DNA from: Candidatus Zhuqueibacterota bacterium
GTDB taxonomy: Bacteria > Zhuqueibacterota > JdFR-76 > DREG01
Reading direction: 5' to 3'
Length of the DNA: 64,000 nucleotides
Assembly (NCBI GenBank): GCA_022566355.1
Contig: JADFJB010000001.1
Coordinates: forward strand, 234 to 64,233
Made by a program: the position numbers and the translations under genes. Positions 1 to 10,030 of the stretch are shown here, piece by piece. Under the pieces are notes generated by a model. It was not told the DNA's origin, did not search any database, and saw only the letters and a program-made list of their open reading frames with translations. How positions within the stretch are numbered: the stretch's first letter is position 1; every line of letters starts with the position of its first letter.

Positions 1-268
1 CACCTTCAGCTATTGTTTTAGGTTTAGTCCATTGGTTTCCCTCCAGGATACTAAATCGTAATGCGTGGCCGTTTTCAATCTTTTCACTCCAACTCATGTA
101 AATTCGGCCATCATTGGCAGTGAACAAATTGGGTGTCTGGCTGCCAGGTAAAGCGGGGGATTCGATTGTTTGAATTTGATCGGCTGAAAAGGTTGCGGAT
201 TTTTCACAACCGAAAAATAATCCGATAATGATTATTAGCAGCCAGTACATCAATTTAGAATTCTTCAT
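1..268 (-). CDS. lipoprotein, N-terminal part (gene runs off window start)
   Basis: ATG at 268-266 (rc) with AGGAGA RBS 7 nt upstream. Translation MKNSKLMYWLLIIIIGLFFGCEKS... has a signal peptide + lipobox (LFFGC) and is open to position 1. Absent from the ORF track because truncated. Confidence 0.6.
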   Translation of the reverse strand, partial: MKNSKLMYWLLIIIIGLFFGCEKSATFSADQIQTIESPALPGSQTPNLFTANDGRIYMSWSEKIENGHALRFSILEGNQWTKPKTIAEG

Positions 269-600
269 TTGGTTCTCCTAAGTTTAATTGAATTTCAAAA
301 ATAGTTTAATGTGGGTTTATAGTCAAGTTTAAAGTGCACTACGACTGGGAAAAATCTCGATGAAACCATTTACATAGACATTAAAAAAATCGAAAAGAAT
401 GTAAGAAAAGACCCTATGATATTAATATTTAATAAGGTTAATATAATATTGAGTTTAAGGTTAAGAAAAAATTGATTGAGGTTGAGATAAAAAAAATGAA
501 AAGGTTGTGATAGTATTCTTACTTGTATCTAAAGAATAAAATTAGTCTAAAAACCTTATGAGCTAAATCTTAATCTTAACCTCAGCCTGAATCTCAATAG

Positions 601-1389
601 TTAAAGCACCCCGCTTCCAACTGGATTATCTATACATAACCGTTCAAGAAACTCTTCGAACCGCAAGCCCCACTTTTGTTGCAGATAAGGGACACGGGCT
701 TTTATTTTTTCAATATCACCATATCGAGGGTGTTCATTAAAAGCAAATACCATAGTGTTTTGACTACCTGGGGCCGTAAGACAAACCGTTCGCTGTTCAA
801 ATACTTGACGGATATTCCATAAACAGTCCATAAACGTGTTTTCATCATAGATTAATAGATTAAACACCACCACCCCTTTAAGGGCCAGATGCCTCTTGAA
901 ATGCATAAGATAAATCCTATTCGATATCCAGGCTGGCGCTCGATTATCCTCAGATATATCAACTAAAATCATTTCATATTCACAGTTTGTAGTCTTTAAA
1001 TAATCTCTGGCATCTGAATTAATGACCTCCCAGCCTTTACCCTCATCAGGGAAATCAAAAAATTTACGTGCAATATCTACAACGGTCGCTGACCATTCGA
1101 TTACGTCTCCTTTAATATTGACATCTCGATTATGAAAATATCGAGCAATAGAACCGCCGCCCATTCCTATTAATAAAACACTCAGTGGTGTCTCAACAAA
1201 CATTAACGAAGCAAGCATTGCCCGGCTAAATGGCGCTGGAAGCTGACCGGGTTCATCTAAGTCAATAATAGACTGCACCTCCTTACCAAAAGTCATCCAG
1301 CGGTGTCTTCCTATTTCCCACACTTCTATATTTTCATTTTTGGAATAGTGCGTATAAATTTTTTTAGCTTTAGTAATCTTAGTAAACAT
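601..1389 (-). CDS. spermidine-synthase-family (aminopropyl/methyltransferase fold) protein
   Basis: 262-aa ORF with LLIGMGGGSIARYF glycine-rich SAM/dcSAM-binding loop and VDISED acidic motif typical of the spermidine synthase fold. Confidence 0.55.
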   Translation of the reverse strand: MFTKITKAKKIYTHYSKNENIEVWEIGRHRWMTFGKEVQSIIDLDEPGQLPAPFSRAMLASLMFVETPLSVLLIGMGGGSIARYFHNRDVNIKGDVIEWSATVVDIARKFFDFPDEGKGWEVINSDARDYLKTTNCEYEMILVDISEDNRAPAWISNRIYLMHFKRHLALKGVVVFNLLIYDENTFMDCLWNIRQVFEQRTVCLTAPGSQNTMVFAFNEHPRYGDIEKIKARVPYLQQKWGLRFEEFLERLCIDNPVGSGVL

Positions 1390-1501
1390 TGAACCTATTT
1401 CTATGCCATTTAATTCTCAACAAAATATTAAAAACTCAATATCAGCTCCACAACCGCCACTTAATATCGTTAGGTAAACCGATAGCCATTTGCGTCTAAG
1501 G

Positions 1502-2158
1502 TTAATCTGCTCGATAATACGAAAGAGTGCCAACAATCGTCGTCATCTGATTTGTAACACGCACGTCTTTAAAAGTTGATGCGCGTAACAGTTCAGGCAA
1601 TAAACCCGCAACGTTATCCGCTGTTGTTTCAAAACCATCCAACATCTGTACCAGGTAGAATGCAGCCCGCATCAGGAAATTCTTAGGTTTGCCCCAATCC
1701 ACCAGATGCAGTTCACCGGTAGGTTTGAGCACTCGCTTGATTTCAGCCATAGTACGGAGTTTGTTCTCTCGCGTCAAGTGATGAAAAAATAGGCTCGAAA
1801 CGACTGTGTCAAATTTATTATCTGTATAAGGTAAGTTGAACGACATACCTTGATTTAACTGAATGGCAATATTTGCTTTCACAGCTTTGGCACTGGCGAT
1901 TTTAAGAACGTTGGGGTCACCATCCAGTCCAAAGACATTAGCTTCAGGACAAGCGTTTTTAATTTTCAGGGTGAGTGTAGCTGTACCACAGCCGAGATCG
2001 AGAACTTTATGGCCGGGTAAAATGTTAGTTTGCTCAAGTAGCTTACGCTTGAATTTCTCCCCCCGGATTGTCCAACGAATGAGCGGATCATATATCGAAG
2101 TGAGCCAATTGAATCTTAAGGCAGAGATATAATTTGAATTTCTGGAGGGGGACTTCAT
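1502..2158 (-). CDS. class I SAM-dependent methyltransferase (UbiE/COQ5-like)
   Basis: 218-aa ORF with VLDLGCGTATLT motif I and downstream motif II/III spacing typical of small-molecule methyltransferases. Confidence 0.7.
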   Translation of the reverse strand: MKSPSRNSNYISALRFNWLTSIYDPLIRWTIRGEKFKRKLLEQTNILPGHKVLDLGCGTATLTLKIKNACPEANVFGLDGDPNVLKIASAKAVKANIAIQLNQGMSFNLPYTDNKFDTVVSSLFFHHLTRENKLRTMAEIKRVLKPTGELHLVDWGKPKNFLMRAAFYLVQMLDGFETTADNVAGLLPELLRASTFKDVRVTNQMTTIVGTLSYYRAD

Positions 2159-2453
2159 AAAAATATAGGATGTTATTATAATTGATTTGAAATTAATTTT
2201 TCTTATCTACCAACAAACTGATCTCGCTTGAAAAGTTATCTGCAAACCGACAACCCTTTGGCCTGCAGTTGATTGTGCGTAATATCTGTGATTATCGTAA
2301 ATGCTGCGAAAAAACATAGAAAGTTTAATAAAATAAATTGTACCATCTTTTTTCGATCAGCGTTCTACCAGTTATCTCGCTTATTTGCTCTTTTTTTGAA
2401 ATTACAAAATCCTTTCTCAGAAATGATTAATGATTAATTATTAACCTGATCAA

Positions 2454-2583
2454 TTCATAAACTATGTCACTGGTTTATAATACTGTCATTCCCGAATGCT
2501 CTTATCGGGAATCTTGTTACACAGGCCTATAGACCCCCGATAAAAGCACTCGGGGATGACAGTTTGGTTGTTCTCGGACACCC
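2454..2583. repeat. structured intergenic repeat, copy A (near-identical to copy D at 48554-48745)
   Basis: ttcataaact(a/t)tgtcactggtttataa.actgtcattccc...gggaatcttgttacacaggcc.atagacccccgataaaagcactcgggg.tgaca...ttctcggacaccc is shared with 48554-48745 (copy D has a 20-bp insertion). Nested inverted repeats ctgtcattccc/ggggatgacag and ttatcggg/cccgataa. Confidence 0.7.
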
Positions 2584-2746
2584 TGCCAATTATACCAGTG
2601 GTCTTCATCGCACAGAAACCAGCCACCGCCGTTTTACCGAAAAAAACTACTATTCATTGAGATTAACTATTATCATCCCAATTGAGTATAGTTCTAAACT
2701 CGTATAGACAAGAAATGGCTTAATTGTTCTCTCTTAAAACGTTTTA

Positions 2747-3391
2747 CTATTTATGCTTATGTTCTTCTTCCTCCTCGAGTTCATGCTCAGCTCTAACGTA
2801 TTTAAACCGTAGGTTATTTCTTTTGTCGCCTATTTTTAGACTCACCACAGCATCAAAAGAGTCTACACCTTTTAAATTCACCTCGGCCTGGAAATAGGAA
2901 ACCTTCTCTTTGTCTCCCTCATGTATTTTTCCTTTTTCATGCTCTCCTTCTCCAGCGTGTTGCTTTCCTTCGCCTTCTTTATGCATCCCTTCCTTTTTAT
3001 GCTCTTCTTCCCCAGCGTGATGTTCTCCCTTGCCTTCTTTATGCATCTCCTCCTCATGCTCGGCTTCCTCGCCATGATGCGACTTCAGTTCCTCAGTGCT
3101 AGCAGCTAGCTTCAAAGTCTGCTTCGACTTATCCGGTAGGGTTAAATAGACCACACCTTCTACCTTATCGACTGATACCGGTTTGAGATTTGCGTCCAGA
3201 AGGTAAACGACGATGTTGCCTTTGTTATTTTCTCCCTCTACGACCAGGAACTCAACATGATGATCTCCCATAGAGCGTACCTGGCCGCCATGAGGAGACT
3301 CATGGGCATGCTGTGCCCAGGCCTTGCCTGAGAACAATGCCAGACTCACAAAAATTAAAGAGCCCACAGCTAAAGTTGTTGTTGTTTTCAT
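2747..3391 (-). CDS. secreted His/Glu-rich putative metal-binding protein downstream of czcA-like pump
   Basis: Signal peptide (MKTTTTLAVGSLIFVSLALFSGKAWA). Repeated HKEG.GEHHAGEEEH blocks and a C-terminal EEEEEHKHK tail. Same strand, 170 bp downstream of the RND gene. Confidence 0.6.
   Translation of the reverse strand: MKTTTTLAVGSLIFVSLALFSGKAWAQHAHESPHGGQVRSMGDHHVEFLVVEGENNKGNIVVYLLDANLKPVSVDKVEGVVYLTLPDKSKQTLKLAASTEELKSHHGEEAEHEEEMHKEGKGEHHAGEEEHKKEGMHKEGEGKQHAGEGEHEKGKIHEGDKEKVSYFQAEVNLKGVDSFDAVVSLKIGDKRNNLRFKYVRAEHELEEEEEHKHK
2930..3085. repeat. ~60-bp tandem repeat (about 2.5 units) inside His-rich gene
   Basis: tcctttttcatgctctccttctccagcgtgttgctttccttcgccttctttatgcatccct is followed by a near copy tcctttttatgctcttcttccccagcgtgatgttctcccttgccttctttatgcatctcc and a partial third. 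It encodes the repeated H/E-rich peptide blocks. Confidence 0.7.
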
Positions 3392-3564
3392 TTTTAATTC
3401 TCCTTCTTTTTAAGGTTACAAATAAACAGTTTCAAAAACCACTTCCATCATGGTGCGTTTGTGAAATGCCGATACTGATGGCATTTCAGTGTGCATCCGT
3501 GGTATCACCTCCTTTCACTACTTTATATAAGGCATGTCGCCCACATTAGATTAGCGCACTAGCG

Positions 3565-6500
3565 CTAAACAACTGCCAACCTTTTTTGTTCACTTTTTCT
3601 TTCCACCAGATAGTAAAAGACCGGCAAGGCCAGTAAGGTCAGGATTGTTGATGTGACCATGCCACCCACGATGACAATGGCAAGCGGTTTTTGCAGCTCA
3701 GCCCCGGAACCAGTGCTCAAAGCCAGTGGTAAGAGTCCCAAACCGGTGGTCAGTGCCGTCATCAAAACCGGGCTGATCCGGTCGCCGGCTCCTTCCAGAA
3801 TGGCCTCCAACAGCCCTTTGCCTTCTTGAAAACGAAGATCGTTAATATGGGTCACCAATATAATTCCGTTTCGGACAGCGATGCCAAGCAGCAAAATAAA
3901 CCCCACCAAAGAGGAAACACTCAAGACGCCGCCGGAAATAAAGATGCTGAAGACGCCGCCCACCAAGGCCAGGGGCAGATTCAACACGACCAGACCGGCC
4001 AATTTCCAGGTGCCTATGCTCATCTGCAGTAAAATGAATATAGCAGCGATTACGAAAACAGTTTCAATAAGCAGGAGTCGGGTCGCGCGCTGTTGACTCT
4101 CAAACTGCCCGCCGTAAGTGATGAAGTAGCCCTCCGGAAAAGATATCTGCTGGGCTACTCGATCTTGAACCTCTTCCACAAAACTACCCAGGTCTCTGTC
4201 CTGCACGTTGCACTGCACCACGATGCGGCGGGAGACGTTTTCCCTGTTGATGGTATTGGGTCCCATGCCGATTGTGATGTCCGCCACCCGCTTCAGGGGA
4301 ACTTTTGGGCCGGTTGGCGTGGAAATCCTCAGGTTCTCAAGCCGATCTATCTTGTTGCGATTCTCATCGTCTATCATCACTACCAAATCATACTGCCTTT
4401 GTCCAAGAACCACCTGGCTCACCACTTCACCATTGAAAGCCGTTTCTATAAAATGGGAAATATCTTGCACCGCCAGCCCGTACCGAGCGGCTTCCTTTCG
4501 GTTTATTTCAATTTTTAATTGGGGAATATCAATAAGTACTTGCGGTTCTACCTGCAGATCGGCCACACCTCGGACTTCTCTGACCACGCTGGCCACCTCC
4601 TGGGCTTTCTGCCGTAGAATGTTCAGGTCAGGGCCAAAGATTTTTATGGCGACCTGTGCCGTGACCCCTGACAGTAGGTGGTCGATGCGGTGCTGGATGG
4701 GCTGCCCGATACTGATTGCCACACCTGGAAACTGCCCCAGTATCTCTCGCATGTCTGCTAGCAGCTCCTCCCGGTTCTTCTCCCGCTCCTCCACCGGCAG
4801 AACGTTTACCAACATTTCGCCGTAGGAAACTCCTTCCGCGTGCTCATCCTGCTCAGCCCGACCTATGCGGTTGCTTGTAGAAGTTACTTCTGGGATCGTA
4901 TGAAGCGCTTCCTCCATTAGATAACCAATCCGCTGAGACTCTTCCAGGGAGGTACCCGGAGGTGATATCGAATTAACGACAAAAGTGCCTTCATCCAAAA
5001 TAGGGAGAAACTCTCTACCCATAAATGGAATCAGAAGAAGTGCAATCATGATTAGGGAAACTGATCCCAGAAGGACAAACTTGTTCCACTTCATCATAAA
5101 ATTCAAAATGGGTCTGTAGGCAGCCTTAACCCAACGGACTACAGGGCTTTCTTTGGTTTTGAGTTGCTTACCCCGGGTTAACATCAGGTCACACAATACC
5201 GGGACTACCGTCAATGCTACCAACAGAGAAGCTGCCATGGCTACCACTACTGCCAGACCCAAGGGGGAAAATAACCGACCTTCTATTCCGGTCAAGGTGA
5301 AAAGAGGAATAAAAACCAGGACAATAATCAAGGTAGCAAAAACAATGGAGGCCCGAATCTCATTGGACGCCCTCAGCACGACTTCGGTAGGGGTTTCCTT
5401 GGTTGGCTTGGCAAAATACTCCCGCAGTCGCCGGAAGATGTTCTCCACATCGATGATGCCGTCGTCCACGACCATGCCGATAGCAATAGCCAGTCCGGCC
5501 AGGGTCATGGTGTTCAATGTAAGTCCTTGCCAGTAAAGTACAATCACCGCTAAAATGAGAGACAGCGGAATGGCGGTTAAGGAAACGATTGAAGTCCGGA
5601 TATTGAATAAGAAGATCACCAAAATTAGAGTAACCAGTACAGCGCCCTCCATGAGGGCATCCTTGACCGTATTCACGGCTCGCTCTATCAAATCTGCTTG
5701 CACATATTCAGATTTTATCTTGACACCCTCGGGAAGCGAGAGCTCCAATTCCTCGAAGACATCTTTTATTTTCTTCGTTAGCTTAAAAGTATTAGTATTC
5801 GGCTGCTTGATCACCTTACCAAGTACCGTCTCAACGCCATTCAAAGATCCTGAACCCCGGCGGGCGATGGGACCGTGAATCCTCACATCAGCTACATCCT
5901 TGATGAGAATGGGAACACCGTTGTCCCGGGTATCGATGACAATATTTTCAATATCGGTCACGGTTCGAACCCGTCCCAGTCCTCGAATTAGAAATTCCTC
6001 CCGACGGTTCAAGAAAAAGCCGCCGGGTGTGTTCAGGTTATCCTTCTCCAGGGCTTCACGCACATCCGACAGACTTAAATCATAGGCCAAGAGGCGTCCC
6101 GGGTGCACCAGCACCTGGTACTGCTTGACGAACCCTCCCTGATTAATTACATTTGCGATGCCACCGGCGGCTTTCAGGCGAAATTGCACGATCCAATCCG
6201 CAATATCTCGCAGCTCCAGGGAGGAGAGTTTGCCGCTTTCATCCACCATGGCATATTCAACTATTTCACCGAGACGGGAGATAATAGGAGCCATAAAGGG
6301 CGCCTCCACTCCGTCGGGCAGTGTAGGAACTACCATCTGCAGTCTCTCGGTAACCATCTGGCGGGCGCGATAGATGTCGGTGCCCCACTCGAATTCCACA
6401 AATATTACAGATATCCCAACACCGGAAGAGGAACGCACCCGATTTACTAAAGGAACACCGTTGAATGCGCTCTCCAGAGGAAAAGTGACCAGAGTCTCTA

Positions 6501-6705
6501 CCTCCTCCGGGGCAAAACCCGGTGCCTCGGTCAGGATGGTCACCCTAGGGTCGTTGATATCCGGGTAGACATCAATGGGCAACTCTTGAAACACCTGGTA
6601 TCCCAGGATCAACACGGTAAATGCACTGGCGAGGATCAGCATTTTGTTTTTTAATGAAAAGGATATGATTTTAGACCACATTTTTATGTGTCTCCTTTCG
6701 TTCAA
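3565..6705 (-). CDS. czcA: HME-RND heavy-metal efflux permease, CzcA-like
   Basis: 1046 aa with 12-TM RND topology. N-terminal region (ELPIDVYPDINDPRVTILTEAPGFAPEEVE...) resembles the CzcA/CusA family. Operon with MFP and TolC-like genes. Confidence 0.8.
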   Translation of the reverse strand: MNERRHIKMWSKIISFSLKNKMLILASAFTVLILGYQVFQELPIDVYPDINDPRVTILTEAPGFAPEEVETLVTFPLESAFNGVPLVNRVRSSSGVGISVIFVEFEWGTDIYRARQMVTERLQMVVPTLPDGVEAPFMAPIISRLGEIVEYAMVDESGKLSSLELRDIADWIVQFRLKAAGGIANVINQGGFVKQYQVLVHPGRLLAYDLSLSDVREALEKDNLNTPGGFFLNRREEFLIRGLGRVRTVTDIENIVIDTRDNGVPILIKDVADVRIHGPIARRGSGSLNGVETVLGKVIKQPNTNTFKLTKKIKDVFEELELSLPEGVKIKSEYVQADLIERAVNTVKDALMEGAVLVTLILVIFLFNIRTSIVSLTAIPLSLILAVIVLYWQGLTLNTMTLAGLAIAIGMVVDDGIIDVENIFRRLREYFAKPTKETPTEVVLRASNEIRASIVFATLIIVLVFIPLFTLTGIEGRLFSPLGLAVVVAMAASLLVALTVVPVLCDLMLTRGKQLKTKESPVVRWVKAAYRPILNFMMKWNKFVLLGSVSLIMIALLLIPFMGREFLPILDEGTFVVNSISPPGTSLEESQRIGYLMEEALHTIPEVTSTSNRIGRAEQDEHAEGVSYGEMLVNVLPVEEREKNREELLADMREILGQFPGVAISIGQPIQHRIDHLLSGVTAQVAIKIFGPDLNILRQKAQEVASVVREVRGVADLQVEPQVLIDIPQLKIEINRKEAARYGLAVQDISHFIETAFNGEVVSQVVLGQRQYDLVVMIDDENRNKIDRLENLRISTPTGPKVPLKRVADITIGMGPNTINRENVSRRIVVQCNVQDRDLGSFVEEVQDRVAQQISFPEGYFITYGGQFESQQRATRLLLIETVFVIAAIFILLQMSIGTWKLAGLVVLNLPLALVGGVFSIFISGGVLSVSSLVGFILLLGIAVRNGIILVTHINDLRFQEGKGLLEAILEGAGDRISPVLMTALTTGLGLLPLALSTGSGAELQKPLAIVIVGGMVTSTILTLLALPVFYYLVERKSEQKRLAVV

Positions 6706-6725
6706 TCGAATTTAACAAACATATC

Positions 6726-7772
6726 TTAGTGGGCGTGGGGCTTACTCTCATCTTGTACCCCGCCCGCTTGAGGCCTTGTAACCACAGCTAAAAGCTGGTG
6801 GTTACCCTGGGTTACGACCGCATCTCCGGGAAACAGTCCATCTATAATCTCCACGTACAAATCATCACGAAATCCAGTCACCACATCCACTTTCTGGTAA
6901 ATTTCACCGTTCTCTACAAAAACAAACTTATCAGGGCCGACCTCAATCACCGCATCCACCGGCACCGCAATAGCTTCGGGATTGGATCCCACCACGATGG
7001 TCACTTCGCCAAACATCTCGGGCTTGAGCTTGCCATGCTTATTGTCCACATGCACCCATATCTGAGCTGCCCGTATATCCGGATCGAGGACTGAACTAAT
7101 AAAAATGATTTTACCTTCAAATATCTCATCCGGATAAGCATTTAGATGGATGCGCACCCGCTGCCCCATATTTAATAAAGGCACATAGTCCTCAAACACC
7201 TCACCTTCCACGATAACCATTGCAAGATCCATGATCTCAAAAAGCGGAGTAGAAGGATCTACGGAAGCTCCCATGGAAACCTTGCGCTGCACGATTGTGC
7301 CGGATATCGGGGCTGAAATGGATACCAGGGGAATGGGATTGCCGTAGCGGCGACTCTGTACTTCGGCTAACACCTGGCCCTTGGTTACTCGATCTCCCAT
7401 ATTGGCCAGTAAGTTTTCGACCCGGCCCTCGATGCGTGTGTTCACAAAGGCCACACGATTGGGATGTGGCCGTACGGTGCCAGGTACGCGAACAACTTGC
7501 TCTATATTTCGCAAATCGGCCACAACAATCTCAAGACCGATATTAATTTTTGCCTGTTCCGTTAAGCTTATGGTACCGGGATCTACTGCGTCATGGGCTT
7601 CCAGATTCGCCGAATTATCCCCGTTACTTTGAGCCGGGTTACTGCCAGCGCCGACTTTCATACCCATATAAAATGCAGCAGCCAGCAAAACAGGCACCAA
7701 AATAAGGGCCCAAACAGGCATACGAGCTTTCTCCGGATTTTCAAAAGTTTCTGTCATCGTATTGACCTCCAT
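6726..7772 (-). CDS. efflux RND periplasmic adaptor subunit (CzcB-like MFP)
   Basis: 348 aa with N-terminal TM anchor and beta-barrel/lipoyl adaptor motifs. Sits immediately upstream of the RND gene with a 21-bp gap. Confidence 0.8.
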   Translation of the reverse strand: MEVNTMTETFENPEKARMPVWALILVPVLLAAAFYMGMKVGAGSNPAQSNGDNSANLEAHDAVDPGTISLTEQAKINIGLEIVVADLRNIEQVVRVPGTVRPHPNRVAFVNTRIEGRVENLLANMGDRVTKGQVLAEVQSRRYGNPIPLVSISAPISGTIVQRKVSMGASVDPSTPLFEIMDLAMVIVEGEVFEDYVPLLNMGQRVRIHLNAYPDEIFEGKIIFISSVLDPDIRAAQIWVHVDNKHGKLKPEMFGEVTIVVGSNPEAIAVPVDAVIEVGPDKFVFVENGEIYQKVDVVTGFRDDLYVEIIDGLFPGDAVVTQGNHQLLAVVTRPQAGGVQDESKPHAH

Positions 7773-7801
7773 TAAAAATTATGCTAAAATGTACTTTCAA
7801 T

Positions 7802-9094
7802 CTATTCTCGAATATCAACCAGATTCCCACCAAGGACTTTATCCAGGTTGACGACCGCCAGGTTGAAACTATACAGGGCTTCCAGATAGGCTGTCTGAAT
7901 ATCAACCAAATTCCTCTGGGCTGTGATGACCTCGATAATTTCCGCCTCTCCCCGCTGGTAGGCTTCTTGAACCAAATCCATATTTTGTTCAGCCGTTTCC
8001 AGCATACCTTCTTCCAGAAGCTGCACCTCTTTAGAGGCCAGGAGCACTTCGGAATAAGCTGAGGCAACCTCCTTTTCAATCAGAAATTTCAGAAAAGAAT
8101 ATCTTGCTTCGGCTGTTCTTTCGCTAGCTAAAGACATTGCAATATCGCCCTGGTTCCTGTTGAATAGCTTGATAGGGAGGGAAATCATCGCGCCAAAATT
8201 GTTTTTGTCAAACTCCTTATTATATAAAACTGAAAATCTCAGGTTGGGAATTTTCAGAGAACGCGCCAAATTGATCTCGCTCTGCGCCGCCTCCTGCTCG
8301 AATTGCAGGGACTTCAGATCACGCCGATTTATTACAGCATAGGCTTTCAATCTTGCTACATCCACCTCAACAGGCTGGTAGGCCAATTCTTCTGAAGACG
8401 TGAACTCAGTCTCCCAGGGGCGCCCCATTAAGTTGTTTAATCTATACTTTGCGATCTTGAGTTGGTTTATCACCCTGGCCTTCTCACGGAGAGTTCTTTG
8501 TAGCTCAAGTTTGGCGAAGTTTACCTCAAATTGCGGAGCGTACCCGGCATTAAATTTGTCACTTGTTCGGTTTACCAGATCTTCGGTAAGTGAAATCACC
8601 CGATGTGCCAGATCCAATTTCTCTTGTTGCAGGAGAACCTGGTAGAAAGTCTCGCGGACATCTCCCACTAACATCCATTGTGCCCGACCTATCTCCGCCT
8701 CGACCTTCTCAATTGTGGATTGTGCTACCTGTTTACGGTGTCCTCGTTGACCACCAATCTCAAATTCTTGCGACACACTCAAGGAATACTCCGAAGTTTT
8801 TCCGACACGTTCCGATGGATTCGCATTAAAATAGGTGATCTCAAGTTCTGGATTGCTAGGAAATATCTTGGCCCCGGTTAACTGTCCTAAAGCAATCCCC
8901 AGACCTTCTCGTAAGGTTTTCAACTCCAGGTTATTTTTAACAGCTAGAGCGATAACCTGCTTAACTGAAAGCTGACTTACATTACCAACTGTACCTAATC
9001 TTTCCTGTGCCTGTGCAGGAATGTAAAGTGGTAACAATAGAGTCAAAAATAATTTCCAAAGGATCGTGCTTTTTATTTTCATTTTCTTCCTCAA
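7802..9094 (-). CDS. TolC-family outer membrane efflux protein (CzcC-like)
   Basis: 430 aa with signal peptide and two TolC-type repeat halves. First large gene of the czc-like operon. Confidence 0.8.
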   Translation of the reverse strand: MRKKMKIKSTILWKLFLTLLLPLYIPAQAQERLGTVGNVSQLSVKQVIALAVKNNLELKTLREGLGIALGQLTGAKIFPSNPELEITYFNANPSERVGKTSEYSLSVSQEFEIGGQRGHRKQVAQSTIEKVEAEIGRAQWMLVGDVRETFYQVLLQQEKLDLAHRVISLTEDLVNRTSDKFNAGYAPQFEVNFAKLELQRTLREKARVINQLKIAKYRLNNLMGRPWETEFTSSEELAYQPVEVDVARLKAYAVINRRDLKSLQFEQEAAQSEINLARSLKIPNLRFSVLYNKEFDKNNFGAMISLPIKLFNRNQGDIAMSLASERTAEARYSFLKFLIEKEVASAYSEVLLASKEVQLLEEGMLETAEQNMDLVQEAYQRGEAEIIEVITAQRNLVDIQTAYLEALYSFNLAVVNLDKVLGGNLVDIRE

Positions 9095-9305
9095 ATTTTT
9101 AATCTCATCTCCTTTTGTTGACGAGTCCGAAATGTTCCGCCCGTAAATTGTTCTTGTAAAAAGTTTTTTTATCGAAAATTTTTATAGATGTAGCATTTAA
9201 CCTTGGTCGCCAGATATAAACTAACTTACAAAATTCTAACAAATACAAAGCATGCACTTGTATAAACTACTGAACCGGCAACAGAAAAATGCGAATGAGA
9301 GATAT

Positions 9306-9728
9306 CTAAACTAGGGGAGGTGCATGTATTAGGTAGGAGAGGGCGTACTTGTCCCTTGTACGTAATCGAATTATTTTAAAAAGACCATTGAAATGGAAAT
9401 TTGGGGTTGATTCTATTGTTTCTAACCCACCTTTCGAAACCACACTTGATGAAAGAAAATGCTCAGTTTGTATGAGAGTGGGCAAATAAGAACTTCTGAC
9501 AAACAAAGTTAAGATCGTATTACAGCAAATATCTGCTTCCTGCCGTTGGTCATCATGATTATGCGGTGGTGTTCCATTTTCATGCTCATTATGTTCAGTG
9601 CTATGATGATCTTGAGGGGTTAACTCCATTGCTAAAGCAATGCCTTGCTCAAGCAGACAAGCTTGGGAACTTAGCAATAATATAAAAACTAAAAAAAAGA
9701 AAATTAATTTTGAGCGGGTTTTTTGCAT
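9306..9728 (-). CDS. small membrane-anchored/secreted His-rich protein with CC motif, hypothetical (CzcI-like position)
   Basis: 140 aa with hydrophobic N-terminus, HHSTEHNEHENGTPPHNHDD His-rich stretch and ICCN motif. 212 bp upstream of the TolC-like gene on the same strand. Confidence 0.45.
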   Translation of the reverse strand: MQKTRSKLIFFFLVFILLLSSQACLLEQGIALAMELTPQDHHSTEHNEHENGTPPHNHDDQRQEADICCNTILTLFVRSSYLPTLIQTEHFLSSSVVSKGGLETIESTPNFHFNGLFKIIRLRTRDKYALSYLIHAPPLV

Positions 9729-10030
9729 AATCTATAGTTATTTGCTAACCACTATTTTGTAGGCTGAAGTTAATCATTCTGTTAGAAAAAATCAAGCTAA
9801 CCTTCACTTCATAAATTCCAAATTTCGAGATATTGTCGTATAGTTTTACTTTTGGCCTGAAAGAATTTCTCTATAATGCCAATACGGACGATAGCCAGTC
9901 TTTTAACCGCAGTGGCAAAGTCACGGCAAACCATAACAGAAACTCAATCGATATCGTTGTTTGAGTAGTTTCGTTTCATGTTACCTTCTATAAGTCGTGT
10001 ATCCAATTTCGCTTTAAAAGAGATCGTGGT

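Noticed and set aside
3826-6568. Multiple plus-strand ORFs of 60-205 aa (e.g. 4208-4825, 5153-5536, 6103-6450) inside the czcA-like gene, and similar antisense ORFs inside copA, cusA, cusB and tex.
   Set aside because: They lie fully antisense within long, well-supported coding regions and have no motifs and biased composition. These are typical shadow ORFs.
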